Origin: Acidobacteriota bacterium
GTDB taxonomy: Bacteria; Acidobacteriota; Thermoanaerobaculia; Gp7-AA8
NCBI GenBank assembly: GCA_019244185.1
Contig: JAFATB010000003.1
Coordinates: 1 to 36,807 of the forward strand
DNA: 36,807 nucleotides
Direction: 5' to 3'
Under the pieces are notes generated by a model. It was given only the letters and a program-made list of their open reading frames with translations. It searched no databases and was not told where the DNA came from. The first letter of the stretch is position 1. Every line of letters starts with the position of its first letter. Of the stretch, positions 19,340 through 28,944 are shown piece by piece. A program made the position numbers and the translations under genes.

Positions 19340-21559
19340 ATGCGCCGCATGCGATGGTCTCTGCTCGCTCTCGCCCTGTCCATCTGCGGCGCGGCGTTCG
19401 CGGATGATGCGCCGGCGACCGCGCGCCTCGCCGCGCTGGCGCGCGTCTGGGGTTCCATCAAGTACGAGCATCCCTACCTCGGCCACCGCGATGCTGTCGA
19501 ATGGGACGCGGCGCTCGTCTCCGCGATTCCAAACGTTCGTGGCGCGCAGTCGGCCGATGGTTTTGGCGACGCGCTCGCGGGAATGCTCGCGCGTCTGGAC
19601 GATCCGCAGACGCACGTCGTCGCGGCGGAGCGGCCGGCCGATGCGCGCGCCGGCGCGTTCGCCGAACGCATGACGGACGACAACATCCTCGTCGTCACGC
19701 TGGGCGATTACTACGCGCTCTGGGGCGCGGACGCGCAGGCCGCGCTGCAGCAGGTGCTCGCCGCGGTGCCGCGGGCGCGCGCGGTGGTGCTCGATGCGCG
19801 TTCGGCGCGGCCGATCGATGCGTACGGCCGGCTGGAGATGCGGCAGACGGTCGCGCGGCTCGACCGGCTGCTGACGTCGCAGACGCTCGACACGGCGGGC
19901 GAGCGGCGGCGCGTCTGGTACGGCTTCGCGGGCAACCCGTCGCCGTTTGCATCGGGGCAGTACTACGGCGGTTGGTTCACCGAGCCGGGCCAGCGCATCG
20001 CGCCGGCGGCGGAGGGACGTGACGTTCCGAGCGTGGTCATGGTCGATGCGTACGCCGCGCTCCCGGAAGCGACGCTCGCGCGTCAGCGTGCGGGACTGAC
20101 GCTCATCGTGTTCGACGGTGATCCGGCGACGAGCGACGTCGTGGCGACGAAAGCGATCGACGTTGGCGAGGGTCTGCGTGTCAACGTGCGCATCGCGGAG
20201 CCGGTGTTCGGCGACGGCACGAGCGCGAGGTTCGAGCCGGACGTCGTCGTCGACGGTGCGAAGGAAGAGGCGATCGAACGCGCGATCGCGGCGGCGCGCT
20301 CGTTCCGCCGGTCGGCGTTCGCGCCGGTGCCCGCTCCGGCGACGGTCGCGTCGATGCGAGACGACGCGTACGCGTCGATGGCGTATCCGGCGCTCGAGTA
20401 CCGGATGCTCGCGCTGTTCCGCCTGTGGAATGTCATCGACCGTTTCGCGCCGTTCCGGCCGGCGGATTGGGACGACGTGCTGACGCAGTTCATCCCGCGG
20501 TTCGCCAGCGCGGCGAACTCGCGCGAGTACGCGCAGGCGATCGCGGACGTCGCCGTGCGCATGCAGGACTCGCACGCGTACGTCGCGGGCGATGCCTACG
20601 ACGCGCTCGCCGGCAACGGCTATCCGCCGATCCGCGTGCGCATGATCGAAGGCGAGCCGGTGGTGGTCGCGCTGTTCGATCCGGAGGCTGCCGCGGCGGG
20701 CGTGCGCGTCGGCGACGTCGTGGTGTCGGTCGATGGAGAAGAAGCGCAAGCGCGGTTCGCGCGCTACCGCGGGCTGATCTCCGCGTCGACGCCACAGAGC
20801 TCGCTGGACAAGGCCGCGCTCGCGTTCATGAACGGCCCGATCGGATCGCGCGTGCAGTTGCGCCTGCGCGGCCGCGACGGAGAGCGCGAGGCGCGTCTCG
20901 TGCGGCGTGCCGAGGATTACACGACGCTGTATCACCGCGAGCGCACCGGCGACGTTGTGCGCATCCTCGACGGCAACATCGGCTACGTCGATCTCGATCG
21001 GCTCACGGCGTCCGGCGTCGACGCGATGTTCGAGCGGCTGCGCAACACGCGCGCGATCGTCTTCGACATGCGTGGATATCCATTGGATACGATCTGGACG
21101 ATCGCGCCGCGGCTCACGAGCGCGCGCAGCGTCGCCGCGCGGCTGCAAACGCCGATGGTCGGCCACGGCATGCAGGACGCGGCCATGGAAACGGTCGAGC
21201 AGCGGATCGCGCCGACGCCGCCGGGCGCGTGGCTCTACACCGGCCGCACGGTCATGCTCATCGACGAGCGCGCGGAAAGCCAGGCCGAGCACACCGGCCT
21301 CTTTCTGCGCGCGGCGAACGGCACGAGGTTCATCGGCAGCCGTACCGCGGGCGCGGACGGCGAGGTGAACACGGTGAAGCTGCCCGGTGCGATCACCGTC
21401 GGCTTCACGGGGCAGGCGGTGCAGTTTCCCGACGGCACGCCGGTGCAGCGCGTCGGCCTCGTGCCCGACATCGAGGTGCTGCCGACGATCGCGGGCATTC
21501 GCGCCGGTCGCGACGAGGTGCTCGAGCGCGCGATCGAGGAGCTTCGTTCGCGCGACTGA
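19340..21559 (+). CDS. Secreted S41-family peptidase with PDZ domain
   Basis: Signal peptide; GVRVGDVVVSVDG (PDZ), IVFDMRGYP, ESQAEHT, GSRTAGADG and GLVPDIEV motifs. Confidence 0.9.
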   Translation: MRRMRWSLLALALSICGAAFADDAPATARLAALARVWGSIKYEHPYLGHRDAVEWDAALVSAIPNVRGAQSADGFGDALAGMLARLDDPQTHVVAAERPADARAGAFAERMTDDNILVVTLGDYYALWGADAQAALQQVLAAVPRARAVVLDARSARPIDAYGRLEMRQTVARLDRLLTSQTLDTAGERRRVWYGFAGNPSPFASGQYYGGWFTEPGQRIAPAAEGRDVPSVVMVDAYAALPEATLARQRAGLTLIVFDGDPATSDVVATKAIDVGEGLRVNVRIAEPVFGDGTSARFEPDVVVDGAKEEAIERAIAAARSFRRSAFAPVPAPATVASMRDDAYASMAYPALEYRMLALFRLWNVIDRFAPFRPADWDDVLTQFIPRFASAANSREYAQAIADVAVRMQDSHAYVAGDAYDALAGNGYPPIRVRMIEGEPVVVALFDPEAAAAGVRVGDVVVSVDGEEAQARFARYRGLISASTPQSSLDKAALAFMNGPIGSRVQLRLRGRDGEREARLVRRAEDYTTLYHRERTGDVVRILDGNIGYVDLDRLTASGVDAMFERLRNTRAIVFDMRGYPLDTIWTIAPRLTSARSVAARLQTPMVGHGMQDAAMETVEQRIAPTPPGAWLYTGRTVMLIDERAESQAEHTGLFLRAANGTRFIGSRTAGADGEVNTVKLPGAITVGFTGQAVQFPDGTPVQRVGLVPDIEVLPTIAGIRAGRDEVLERAIEELRSRD

Positions 21560-21581
21560 GACCGAGCGGCGTGCGGCGCGT

Positions 21582-23288
21582 TTACGGCAGCGCTTCGACC
21601 GGCGTCTCCGCGGGCAGCACGGCTTCGATGAGCAGCGCGGCGACGACGCCCGCGACGCAGCCGACGACGTTCCACCAGAGCCAGGCCATGTTCGTGAAGA
21701 GCGAGCAGAGGATGACCGCGGTCTCCGCGAAGATCGCGCCCCAGAACGCGGCGGTGGCGCCGACGCGCTTCGCGTAGAAGGCGAGGAGGAAGATCGCCAG
21801 CATCGTGCCGTAAAAGTACGAGCCGATCTTGTTCACGGCCACGATGAGGGAGCCGAGCTGGTTCGCGTAGAGCGCGAAGAGGATGCAGAAGACGCCCCAG
21901 GCAACGGTCATCCACTTCGACACGACCACGCAGCGGTGATCGCTCGGCGCGTGGCGCGTGTGGCGGCGCCAGATGTCGACGACGCTCGAAGACGCGAGCG
22001 AGTTGAGTCCCGAGGCGGTGGCCGACATCGCGGCGCAGAAGATCGCGGCGAGCAGCAGACCGACCACGCCGCGCGGGAGGTTCTGCATGATGAAGGTGAG
22101 AAAGACGTAGTCGGTGTCCGCGGCGTCGGCGGTGCGATCGTTCTTGCGGATGAGGGCCGCGGCGGCGCGGCGCGTGTCGTCGTCGCGCTGCTGCAGCGCG
22201 TGCAGCTCGTCGCGCGTTTGCGTGATCGCGTGCGCGTCGCGGGCGCGCATCGCGTCGACGAGCCTCGCGGCGGCGCCGCGTTTCGCGTCGAACGTCGCGG
22301 CATGCGTCGTCTCCAACGCGCGGAACTCTGTGCCGTACGCGCTCGCGAGCACCTTCGCGCGCTGCACGGGATTGAAGAACACTGGCGGCGCGACGAACTG
22401 GTAGAAGACGAACACCATCGCGCCGACGAAGAGGATGAAGAACTGCATCGGCACTTTTACCAGCGCATTGACGAGCAATCCCAAACGGCTCTGCGTGACG
22501 CTCCGGCCGGTGAGGTAGCGCTGCACCTGCGACTGGTCGGTGCCGAAGTACGCGAGCGCCACCATCAGGCCGCCGAACAGTCCCGACCAGAAGTTGTACG
22601 GCGTCGTGACGTCGAAGTGGAAGTCGATCACGTTGATGCGGCCCATCGTGCCGGCGACGCGCACGGCGTCGACGAGACCGACGCGCGGCGGCAGCGAGCG
22701 GATGGCGATCACGAGCGCCGTGGCCATCCCGGCGAGGGCGATGAGCAGCTGGTGCGTCTGTGTCCAGCTGACGGCCTTCGTGCCGCCGGCGGTCGTGTAG
22801 AGGATGACCAGCGCGCCGATCACGAGCGTCGTCAGCTGCACGTTCCAGCCGAGGACCAGCGACACGATGAGCGCGGGCGCGTAGAGCGTGATCGCGGTGC
22901 CGAGGCCGCGCTGGACGAGAAAGAGCAGCGCGGTCAGCGTGCGCGTGCGCGGGCCGAAGCGCGTCTCGAGGTACTCGTATGCCGTGAAGACGCGCAGGCG
23001 GTGATAGATCGGCACGGCGGTGATGGAGAGGATCACCATCGCCACGGGCAGGCCGAGGTAGAACTGCACGAAGCGCATGCCGTCGGAGTACGCCTGGCCG
23101 GGCGTGGAGAGGAACGTGATCGCGCTGGCCTGCGTCGCCATCACGGACAGCGCGATTGTGTACCAGCGCATCTGGCGGTCGGCGAGCAGGTACTGCTCGA
23201 GGCGCCGCTGCCGGCGGCCTTTCCAGACGCCATACGCGACGATGGCCAGCAGCGTCGCGGCGAGAACGAGCCAGTCGAGAGCGCTCAT
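21582..23288 (-). CDS. Sodium:solute symporter (SSS family)
   Basis: SVMATQASAITFLSTPG, TAYEYLETRFG, GTDQSQVQRYL and AIFCAAMS motifs. Confidence 0.94.
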   Translation of the reverse strand: MSALDWLVLAATLLAIVAYGVWKGRRQRRLEQYLLADRQMRWYTIALSVMATQASAITFLSTPGQAYSDGMRFVQFYLGLPVAMVILSITAVPIYHRLRVFTAYEYLETRFGPRTRTLTALLFLVQRGLGTAITLYAPALIVSLVLGWNVQLTTLVIGALVILYTTAGGTKAVSWTQTHQLLIALAGMATALVIAIRSLPPRVGLVDAVRVAGTMGRINVIDFHFDVTTPYNFWSGLFGGLMVALAYFGTDQSQVQRYLTGRSVTQSRLGLLVNALVKVPMQFFILFVGAMVFVFYQFVAPPVFFNPVQRAKVLASAYGTEFRALETTHAATFDAKRGAAARLVDAMRARDAHAITQTRDELHALQQRDDDTRRAAAALIRKNDRTADAADTDYVFLTFIMQNLPRGVVGLLLAAIFCAAMSATASGLNSLASSSVVDIWRRHTRHAPSDHRCVVVSKWMTVAWGVFCILFALYANQLGSLIVAVNKIGSYFYGTMLAIFLLAFYAKRVGATAAFWGAIFAETAVILCSLFTNMAWLWWNVVGCVAGVVAALLIEAVLPAETPVEALP

Positions 23289-23383
23289 GCGAAGGCGCGC
23301 GTCAGCGCGTAGAAGAGCGCGATCTCGACCGCCAGTGCGAAGAGCACCACGGTGTAGAGACGCGCCCAGCGTTGCGAGGTCAC
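23285..23383 (-). CDS. 32-aa single-TM small protein coupled between the PIG-L and SSS genes
   Basis: MTSQRWARLYTVVLFALAVEIALFYALTRAFA. GTGA overlap with the PIG-L stop and ATGA overlap with the SSS start. Confidence 0.8.
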   Translation of the reverse strand: MTSQRWARLYTVVLFALAVEIALFYALTRAFA

Positions 23384-25866
23384 TTGGCGGACACCAGGTT
23401 CACGAACGCGCGGATCGCGCCCGGCACGCCGGCCGCGAGCTGGCGCCACCACGCGTAGGACGTGTAGATGTAGACGCCCTTGCCGTGGCGCGCGTACAGC
23501 TCGCCGCCGGCCTTCTCCGATTCGCCCGGATCGTTCGACGCGAGCACGGTCGCGTACTTTGCGTCCCAGTCGTTCGTGAAGTAGAGGCCGCGCTCCTGCA
23601 CCCATCCTTCGAAGTCGGCGGCCGTGATCTTGTTCGGCGTCGTCAGCAGCGGATGGTTCGGATCGACGAAGCGGATCGGCGCTTCCTCGACGGTCACGCG
23701 GTCGCCGGAGATCTTGAACGGATACGGTCCCGCCGCGGGGACGGTGAGCTCGGCGGTGGTGTTGTATTGCACGACGACGGTGCCGCCGTTCGCGACGTAC
23801 TGCATCAGCTTCTCGTGCGCGAGCTTGAGGCGCTTGCGCGTGTTGTACGCGCGGACGCCGGTGACCACCGCGTCGTAGGAGGAGAAGTCGCCGCGATCGA
23901 GGTCGGCGTCGGTGAGCAGCGTGACGTCGTAGCCGATTTGGCGGAGGATGTTCGGCACCTCGTCGCCGGACCCCATGATGTAGCCGATGCGATTGCCGCG
24001 ATGCTGGATGTCGGCGCGTACGAGCCGCGCCCCGGCGTCGTTGAAGACGCGCTGCGCGGGGATGTGCGGGTATTCGATTTCGGTGAGGCCGTACGACAGC
24101 TTGCGGCCGTCCGCGAGCGTGACTTCGGCGCGCGCGTCGCCGGTGGACGCATTCGCGGGCGGCGTGACGGTGAACGTGACGCGCGTCTCGTCGCCTTTGC
24201 CGCTGAACTTCACCGGCGTCGACGCCGGCGTCGCGCTCCACGACGCGGGCAGCGCGAGGCGCACGGTCGCGTCGGTCGGACCGAAGCTGCGCAGCGCGAC
24301 AGTGACGGGGCGCGGCTTCGCGTCGGGGAAGACGTAGACGCCGCTGGCGAGGTTTGCGGTGACGTCGGGCACGACGTCGACGTTGCGCGTTTTCTCGCCC
24401 GCGACGGGATCGGTCCAGCGGAAGATCGCGGGAACGGTGAAGATCAACGTATGGTTCGCCGCGTCTTCGATCGTGATCGTGAGCGGCAGCGCGAGCGGAT
24501 TCTCCGGCATGCCGACGAGCTTGCGATCGTCGACGTGATACAGCCCTTTCGCCGGCGTCTCGCGCAGCCAGTACGGCTGCGAGATCGCGGCGTCGGCGGG
24601 CACGCGCAGCGACAGCTCGGTCTTGACCGGCTTGTTGTTCTCGAGCGGCGCGGCCACGGCTTTGCTCGGGTTCGCGTAGAGCGAGGCGACCATCGAGAGG
24701 CGGAACGGATAGTCGGAGCGGTTGACGACGTTAACGGTGACGGGAATGTCGCCGCCGGCGACGACCGCGGAGTCGCCCGCGCTGACGTCGATGGCGATGC
24801 CGGCGCAGTCGCGGATCGCGTCGAGGAGCTCGGCGCGCTTCACCGCCAGCCACGGGTTGCGGTTCGCGGTCCACGCGGGATTCGCGCGCAGTTGTTCGAG
24901 CGCGTTCCACGCCTGCAGCAGCAGCGGCAGCGACGCCTGCGGACGATCGCCGTCGAAGTCGTTCGCGGCCTGTTGCAGGATGCGGCCGACGGCTTCGCCG
25001 CCCGGATAGCGCGACCAACTCGTGTCGATGCCTTCGAAGAGATCGCTCTGCGCGGGAGCGCCGTTGCGGAGGTCGTAGTAGTTGATGAACGAGCCGCGGC
25101 GTTCGGCGGAACCGAAGCCCTGGCTCTTGTGCTGGCTGCGGCTCTCCGCGGCGATCTCGGTGTAGGCGCGGCCCAGGAGCGGGCTGTAGGCGCCGAGGTC
25201 GACGCGCAGCGACTTCGCGACGGACGGATCGTTCGGATCGATCGGCTTGCCGAACGAGAAGCGGTTCCAGAAGATCCGCTTCGGTTGCCAGACGCTCACG
25301 TACTGCAACTGCTCGGGGAACTTCGTGGCGTCGCCGGCGGCGGTGAACGCTTCTTCGGCGAGCATCGCCGACGCGGTGTGATGTCCGTGGCCGCCTTCGC
25401 CGGTGATCGGGAAGCGCGTGATGAGCACGTCGGGCTGGAACTTGCGAATGGCCCAGACGACGTCGGCGAGCACGGCGTCGTGTCCCCACGTCGCCAGCGT
25501 TTCCTGCGGGTTCTTCGAGTAGCCGAAGTCGAGCGCGCGCGTGAACATCTGCTCGGCGCCGTCGATGCGCCGCGCGGCGAGGAGCTCCTGCGTGCGGATG
25601 ATGCCGAGGAGCGGACCCTTCTCGTCGCCGATGAGGTTCTGGCCGCCGTCGCCGCGCGTCATGGAGAGATAGCCGGTGCGGTAGCAGCGATCGTTCGCGA
25701 GCCACGCGAGCATGGCCGTGTTCTCGTCATCGGGGTGCGCGGCGACGTAGAGCGCGCTGCCGAGCACCGTCAGCTTGCGCAGCTGGAGGCGGAGTTGCGC
25801 GGCGTCTTTTGCGAATGCCGAAACGGTGAGAGTCAGCGTGAGGACGAGCGTGATCAGTCGGCGCAT
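23380..25866 (-). CDS. Secreted PIG-L/LmbE-family deacetylase with NEW3-like and class I GATase-like C-terminal domains
   Basis: Signal peptide; AAHPDDE, TRGDGGQN, DFGYSK, HGHH, SRSQHKSQGFG and GWVQERGLYF motifs. Confidence 0.93.
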   Translation of the reverse strand: MRRLITLVLTLTLTVSAFAKDAAQLRLQLRKLTVLGSALYVAAHPDDENTAMLAWLANDRCYRTGYLSMTRGDGGQNLIGDEKGPLLGIIRTQELLAARRIDGAEQMFTRALDFGYSKNPQETLATWGHDAVLADVVWAIRKFQPDVLITRFPITGEGGHGHHTASAMLAEEAFTAAGDATKFPEQLQYVSVWQPKRIFWNRFSFGKPIDPNDPSVAKSLRVDLGAYSPLLGRAYTEIAAESRSQHKSQGFGSAERRGSFINYYDLRNGAPAQSDLFEGIDTSWSRYPGGEAVGRILQQAANDFDGDRPQASLPLLLQAWNALEQLRANPAWTANRNPWLAVKRAELLDAIRDCAGIAIDVSAGDSAVVAGGDIPVTVNVVNRSDYPFRLSMVASLYANPSKAVAAPLENNKPVKTELSLRVPADAAISQPYWLRETPAKGLYHVDDRKLVGMPENPLALPLTITIEDAANHTLIFTVPAIFRWTDPVAGEKTRNVDVVPDVTANLASGVYVFPDAKPRPVTVALRSFGPTDATVRLALPASWSATPASTPVKFSGKGDETRVTFTVTPPANASTGDARAEVTLADGRKLSYGLTEIEYPHIPAQRVFNDAGARLVRADIQHRGNRIGYIMGSGDEVPNILRQIGYDVTLLTDADLDRGDFSSYDAVVTGVRAYNTRKRLKLAHEKLMQYVANGGTVVVQYNTTAELTVPAAGPYPFKISGDRVTVEEAPIRFVDPNHPLLTTPNKITAADFEGWVQERGLYFTNDWDAKYATVLASNDPGESEKAGGELYARHGKGVYIYTSYAWWRQLAAGVPGAIRAFVNLVSAK

Positions 25867-25927
25867 CGGGCGGATGGTCTCATAAAGTGCCGCGACGGCA
25901 GCGTCTCGGGAGTGTTACGGTCCGGCT

Positions 25928-27205
25928 GTGCAATGTGACTGCGACATCGCCATCGTCGGCGCCGGCGCCGCGGGCCTCACGGCCGCGATTTTCGCGACGC
26001 GCACCGCGCCGTCGCCGCGCGTCGTGCTGCTCGACGGCGCCGCGCGCATCGGCGCGAAGATCCTCATCTCCGGCGGCGGACGCTGCAACGTGACGCACGA
26101 CGTCGTGACGCCGGACGACTTCAACGGCAGCCGCAACGCGATCGCGAAGGTGCTGCGCACGTTTTCGGTCGATGCCACCGTGCGCTGGTTCGAGGAGCTC
26201 GGCGTGACGCTGAAGCGCGAGGAAACGGGGAAGCTCTTCCCGACGACCGACAAGGCGCGCACGGTGCTCGACGCGCTGCTGCGCGCGGCGTCGCGCGCGG
26301 AACTGCGCGCCGGTCATCGCGTCGAGCGCATCGAGCGCAACGGATCGCACTTTACGCTGCACACGAGCGCCGGCGCGCTCACCGCGTCGCGCGTCGTGCT
26401 GTCGACCGGCGGATGCAGCGTCCCGAAAACCGGCAGCGACGGGCACGGTTACGCGCTCGCCCGTTCCCTCGGCCACACGATCGCCGACCCGTTCCCCGCG
26501 CTCGTGCCGCTCGTGCTCGCCGAAGATCACTGGATGACGAAGCGCAGCGGGACGAGCGCGGACGTCGAGCTCTCCGTCCGCGCGAGTTCCGGACGCGTGC
26601 TCGCGCGTCATCGCGGCGCGCTGCTCTGCACGCACTTCGGCATCAGCGGCCCGGTCGTGCTCGACGTCTCGCGCCACTGGATCGCGGCGCGCCGTGACGA
26701 CGCGGACGCCGTGCTCGTCGTGAACTTTCTTCCGGGCGAGACGTTCGAGTCGTTCGAGCGCTTCCTGCTCGCGGAAGCGTCACGCAATCCGCGCGCGACG
26801 CTCGCCAGCGCGCTGCGCGGACGCGTGCCGGAGCGGATCGTCGACGCGCTCGCGGAAGCGCGTCCGCTCGCATCGCTGACGAAGGAGCAACGCCGCGCGC
26901 TCGTGCGCGCGTTCGTCGAACAGCCGCTCCCGATCGCGCGCGATCGCGGCTTCGATTTCGCCGAAGTCACGGCTGGCGGCGTGCCGCTATCCGAGGTCGA
27001 CGTGGCGACGATGAAGTCCCGTCGTTGCGATGGTTTGTTTCTGTGCGGCGAGATCCTCGACGTCGACGGGAACATCGGCGGCTACAACTTCCAATGGGCG
27101 TGGGCGAGCGGGCGTCTGGCGGGAACATCCGCATCGACGCGCGCCGATCAGTTGCCGCCGGCCGCGCGCTCGAGCAGTTCCAGCGCGCCGGCCGAAGGCG
27201 AATGA
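25928..27205 (+). CDS. NAD(P)/FAD-dependent oxidoreductase, HI0933/YhiN/BaiN family
   Basis: VGAGAAG, KILISGGGRCNVT, THFGISGP, VTAGGV and GEILDVDGNIGGYNFQWAWASG motifs. Confidence 0.93.
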   Translation: MQCDCDIAIVGAGAAGLTAAIFATRTAPSPRVVLLDGAARIGAKILISGGGRCNVTHDVVTPDDFNGSRNAIAKVLRTFSVDATVRWFEELGVTLKREETGKLFPTTDKARTVLDALLRAASRAELRAGHRVERIERNGSHFTLHTSAGALTASRVVLSTGGCSVPKTGSDGHGYALARSLGHTIADPFPALVPLVLAEDHWMTKRSGTSADVELSVRASSGRVLARHRGALLCTHFGISGPVVLDVSRHWIAARRDDADAVLVVNFLPGETFESFERFLLAEASRNPRATLASALRGRVPERIVDALAEARPLASLTKEQRRALVRAFVEQPLPIARDRGFDFAEVTAGGVPLSEVDVATMKSRRCDGLFLCGEILDVDGNIGGYNFQWAWASGRLAGTSASTRADQLPPAARSSSSSAPAEGE

Positions 27206-28188
27206 AAGACGAGCGACGGCCATTCGGGCAGTAGACGGTCGACGGTCAGAAACAGCGCCAGTCCTTCGTCCTGCGACCAGTATTTGCGCGAGCCCAGCAT
27301 TCGCTTGACCGCCGCATCGCGCTCCAGATGTCCGCCGGCCGGATCGGCGAGCCATGCATAGCCGGCCCACTGTCCGGCGCCTTCCATGGAAAGCCAGGTC
27401 GCGTCGAGCGTGGCGAAGACCGCGTTCTCGCCCGTGAACCAGCGAGCATGCCGGCTCTTCATCAGAGCGAGCGCCTGTTTTGCGTACGTGCGCGCCTCCG
27501 CCGTGGTCGGAGCCTCCGCGGCGCGATAGAGAGCGTCGCGTTCTTCGAGATACGCCGCCACGTACTCCGAGTTGGACGCAAACCGCGTCTGCACGATGTC
27601 GTCGTTGAGCTCCTCGGGGAACTTCCAGGCGGCATCGATCGGACCGATCACCGCGCCCATGCCCGCGAGCTGGCGCGTGTGAGAGAACTCGTGAAGGAAC
27701 ACGGCCGTGAGTCCCGGTTCCTGTCCATGTCCGGACTGCTGCCAGTAGGACGGCGCGGCCATCACGAAAAACGGCGTGCCGTTCTTATCGTTGTTGGTGA
27801 AGGACATCAGCTGCACCGGCGTCGTATCGCCGTTCGGCAGCGTGAATTTCCCGTCGTGCGCAACCGTCCACCATGGTCCCGGAACGCCGTGGATGGACTG
27901 GCCGCGTTTCTTCGCCGCCGCTCCGGCGGTTACCGGCGACGTCGTATAGACGCACCTCGCGTCATAGAAGACTAGCTGCGGGGATGGAGCGTCCGGCAGG
28001 TGCAGGATTCGGCGCGAGGTGAGGTTCCACGCGTCCTGCCAGTGCCGAATCCACACTTGCTGCGCCGCGAGATCGCACGAATCAGCCGCGTGTCGAGCGC
28101 CGGGACGCGAGGACGCGCACGCGGCGAGGCCGAACGAAACGACCGAGAGCACGGCGGTGAGAACGGCGGCGGATCTCGTGGAATGCAT
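27148..28188 (-). CDS. Hypothetical lipoprotein with HExxH motif
   Basis: LAAC lipobox; VFLHEFSHTRQ and downstream SMEGAGQW; normal amino-acid composition. Overlaps the 3' end of the HI0933 gene by 58 nt. Confidence 0.75.
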   Translation of the reverse strand: MHSTRSAAVLTAVLSVVSFGLAACASSRPGARHAADSCDLAAQQVWIRHWQDAWNLTSRRILHLPDAPSPQLVFYDARCVYTTSPVTAGAAAKKRGQSIHGVPGPWWTVAHDGKFTLPNGDTTPVQLMSFTNNDKNGTPFFVMAAPSYWQQSGHGQEPGLTAVFLHEFSHTRQLAGMGAVIGPIDAAWKFPEELNDDIVQTRFASNSEYVAAYLEERDALYRAAEAPTTAEARTYAKQALALMKSRHARWFTGENAVFATLDATWLSMEGAGQWAGYAWLADPAGGHLERDAAVKRMLGSRKYWSQDEGLALFLTVDRLLPEWPSLVFHSPSAGALELLERAAGGN

Positions 28189-28267
28189 GCGGACAAATAC
28201 GCGGGTGAGGTCCGCGGGTTCCCGTGTGGCGGGAACATCCGTGGCGGCTTCGCAAGTTCAAGCGGCC

Positions 28268-28882
28268 ATGAAAACCCTTCGCAGCCTCGCATTGCTCGCA
28301 CTGCTGGCGACGCCGCTCGCGGCGCAGACTGCAACGACCGAGACGTGGGTCGCCGATCCCGCGCATTCGGAGACGACGTTCAAGATCCGCCACCTGGTGT
28401 CGAAAGTCAGCGGCCGTTTCCGCGACTTCAACGCCGACATCAACCTCAATCGCGCGAACCCCGTCGCGTCGAGCGTGAACTTCACGATTCAGGCGGCGTC
28501 GATCGACACCGGCAACGGCAGCCGCGACGAGCATCTCCGCAGCGCCGATTTCTTCGACGCCGCAAAGTTTCCGACGATCACGTTCCGCAGCACGTCCGTC
28601 GCCGCGAAGTCGAAGAACTCGTTCGACGTCACCGGCGACCTCACGATGCACGGCGTCACGAAGCGCATCACGCTGCCGGTCACCTTCCTCGGATTCATGA
28701 AGGATCCGCGCGGCAACGACCGCGGCGGCTTCGAGATCGACACGACGCTCAACCGCAAGGACTGGGGCATCCTCTGGAACCGCGCTCTCGACGAAGGCGG
28801 CGCGCTTCTCGGCGATGACGTCGAAGTGCAGATCGCACTCGAAGTGGCGCGCAAGCCGGCCACGCCTCCGGCCGCGAAGTAA
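28268..28882 (+). CDS. YceI-family periplasmic polyisoprenoid-binding protein
   Basis: Signal peptide; DPAHS, SIDTGNGSRDEHLRSADFFDA, GDLTMHGVTK and LNRKDWGI motifs. Confidence 0.93.
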   Translation: MKTLRSLALLALLATPLAAQTATTETWVADPAHSETTFKIRHLVSKVSGRFRDFNADINLNRANPVASSVNFTIQAASIDTGNGSRDEHLRSADFFDAAKFPTITFRSTSVAAKSKNSFDVTGDLTMHGVTKRITLPVTFLGFMKDPRGNDRGGFEIDTTLNRKDWGILWNRALDEGGALLGDDVEVQIALEVARKPATPPAAK

Positions 28883-28900
28883 CGTTCGCTCTCTGTTTTG

Positions 28901-28939
28901 ACGAGGCGGCGACGGTCATGTCGCCGCCTCGTTCTTTTT
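28901..28939 (+). terminator. Intrinsic terminator after the YceI gene
   Basis: 13-bp stem ACGAGGCGGCGAC / GTCGCCGCCTCGT followed by TCTTTTT. Confidence 0.85.
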
Positions 28940-28944
28940 GCGCG

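Noticed and set aside
15876-25938. Very long Arg/Ala-rich ORFs (15876..18419, 16574..18439, 19265..21292, 21387..23312, 23077..25938)
   Set aside because: Alternative-frame or antisense shadows of well-supported genes, with implausible composition.
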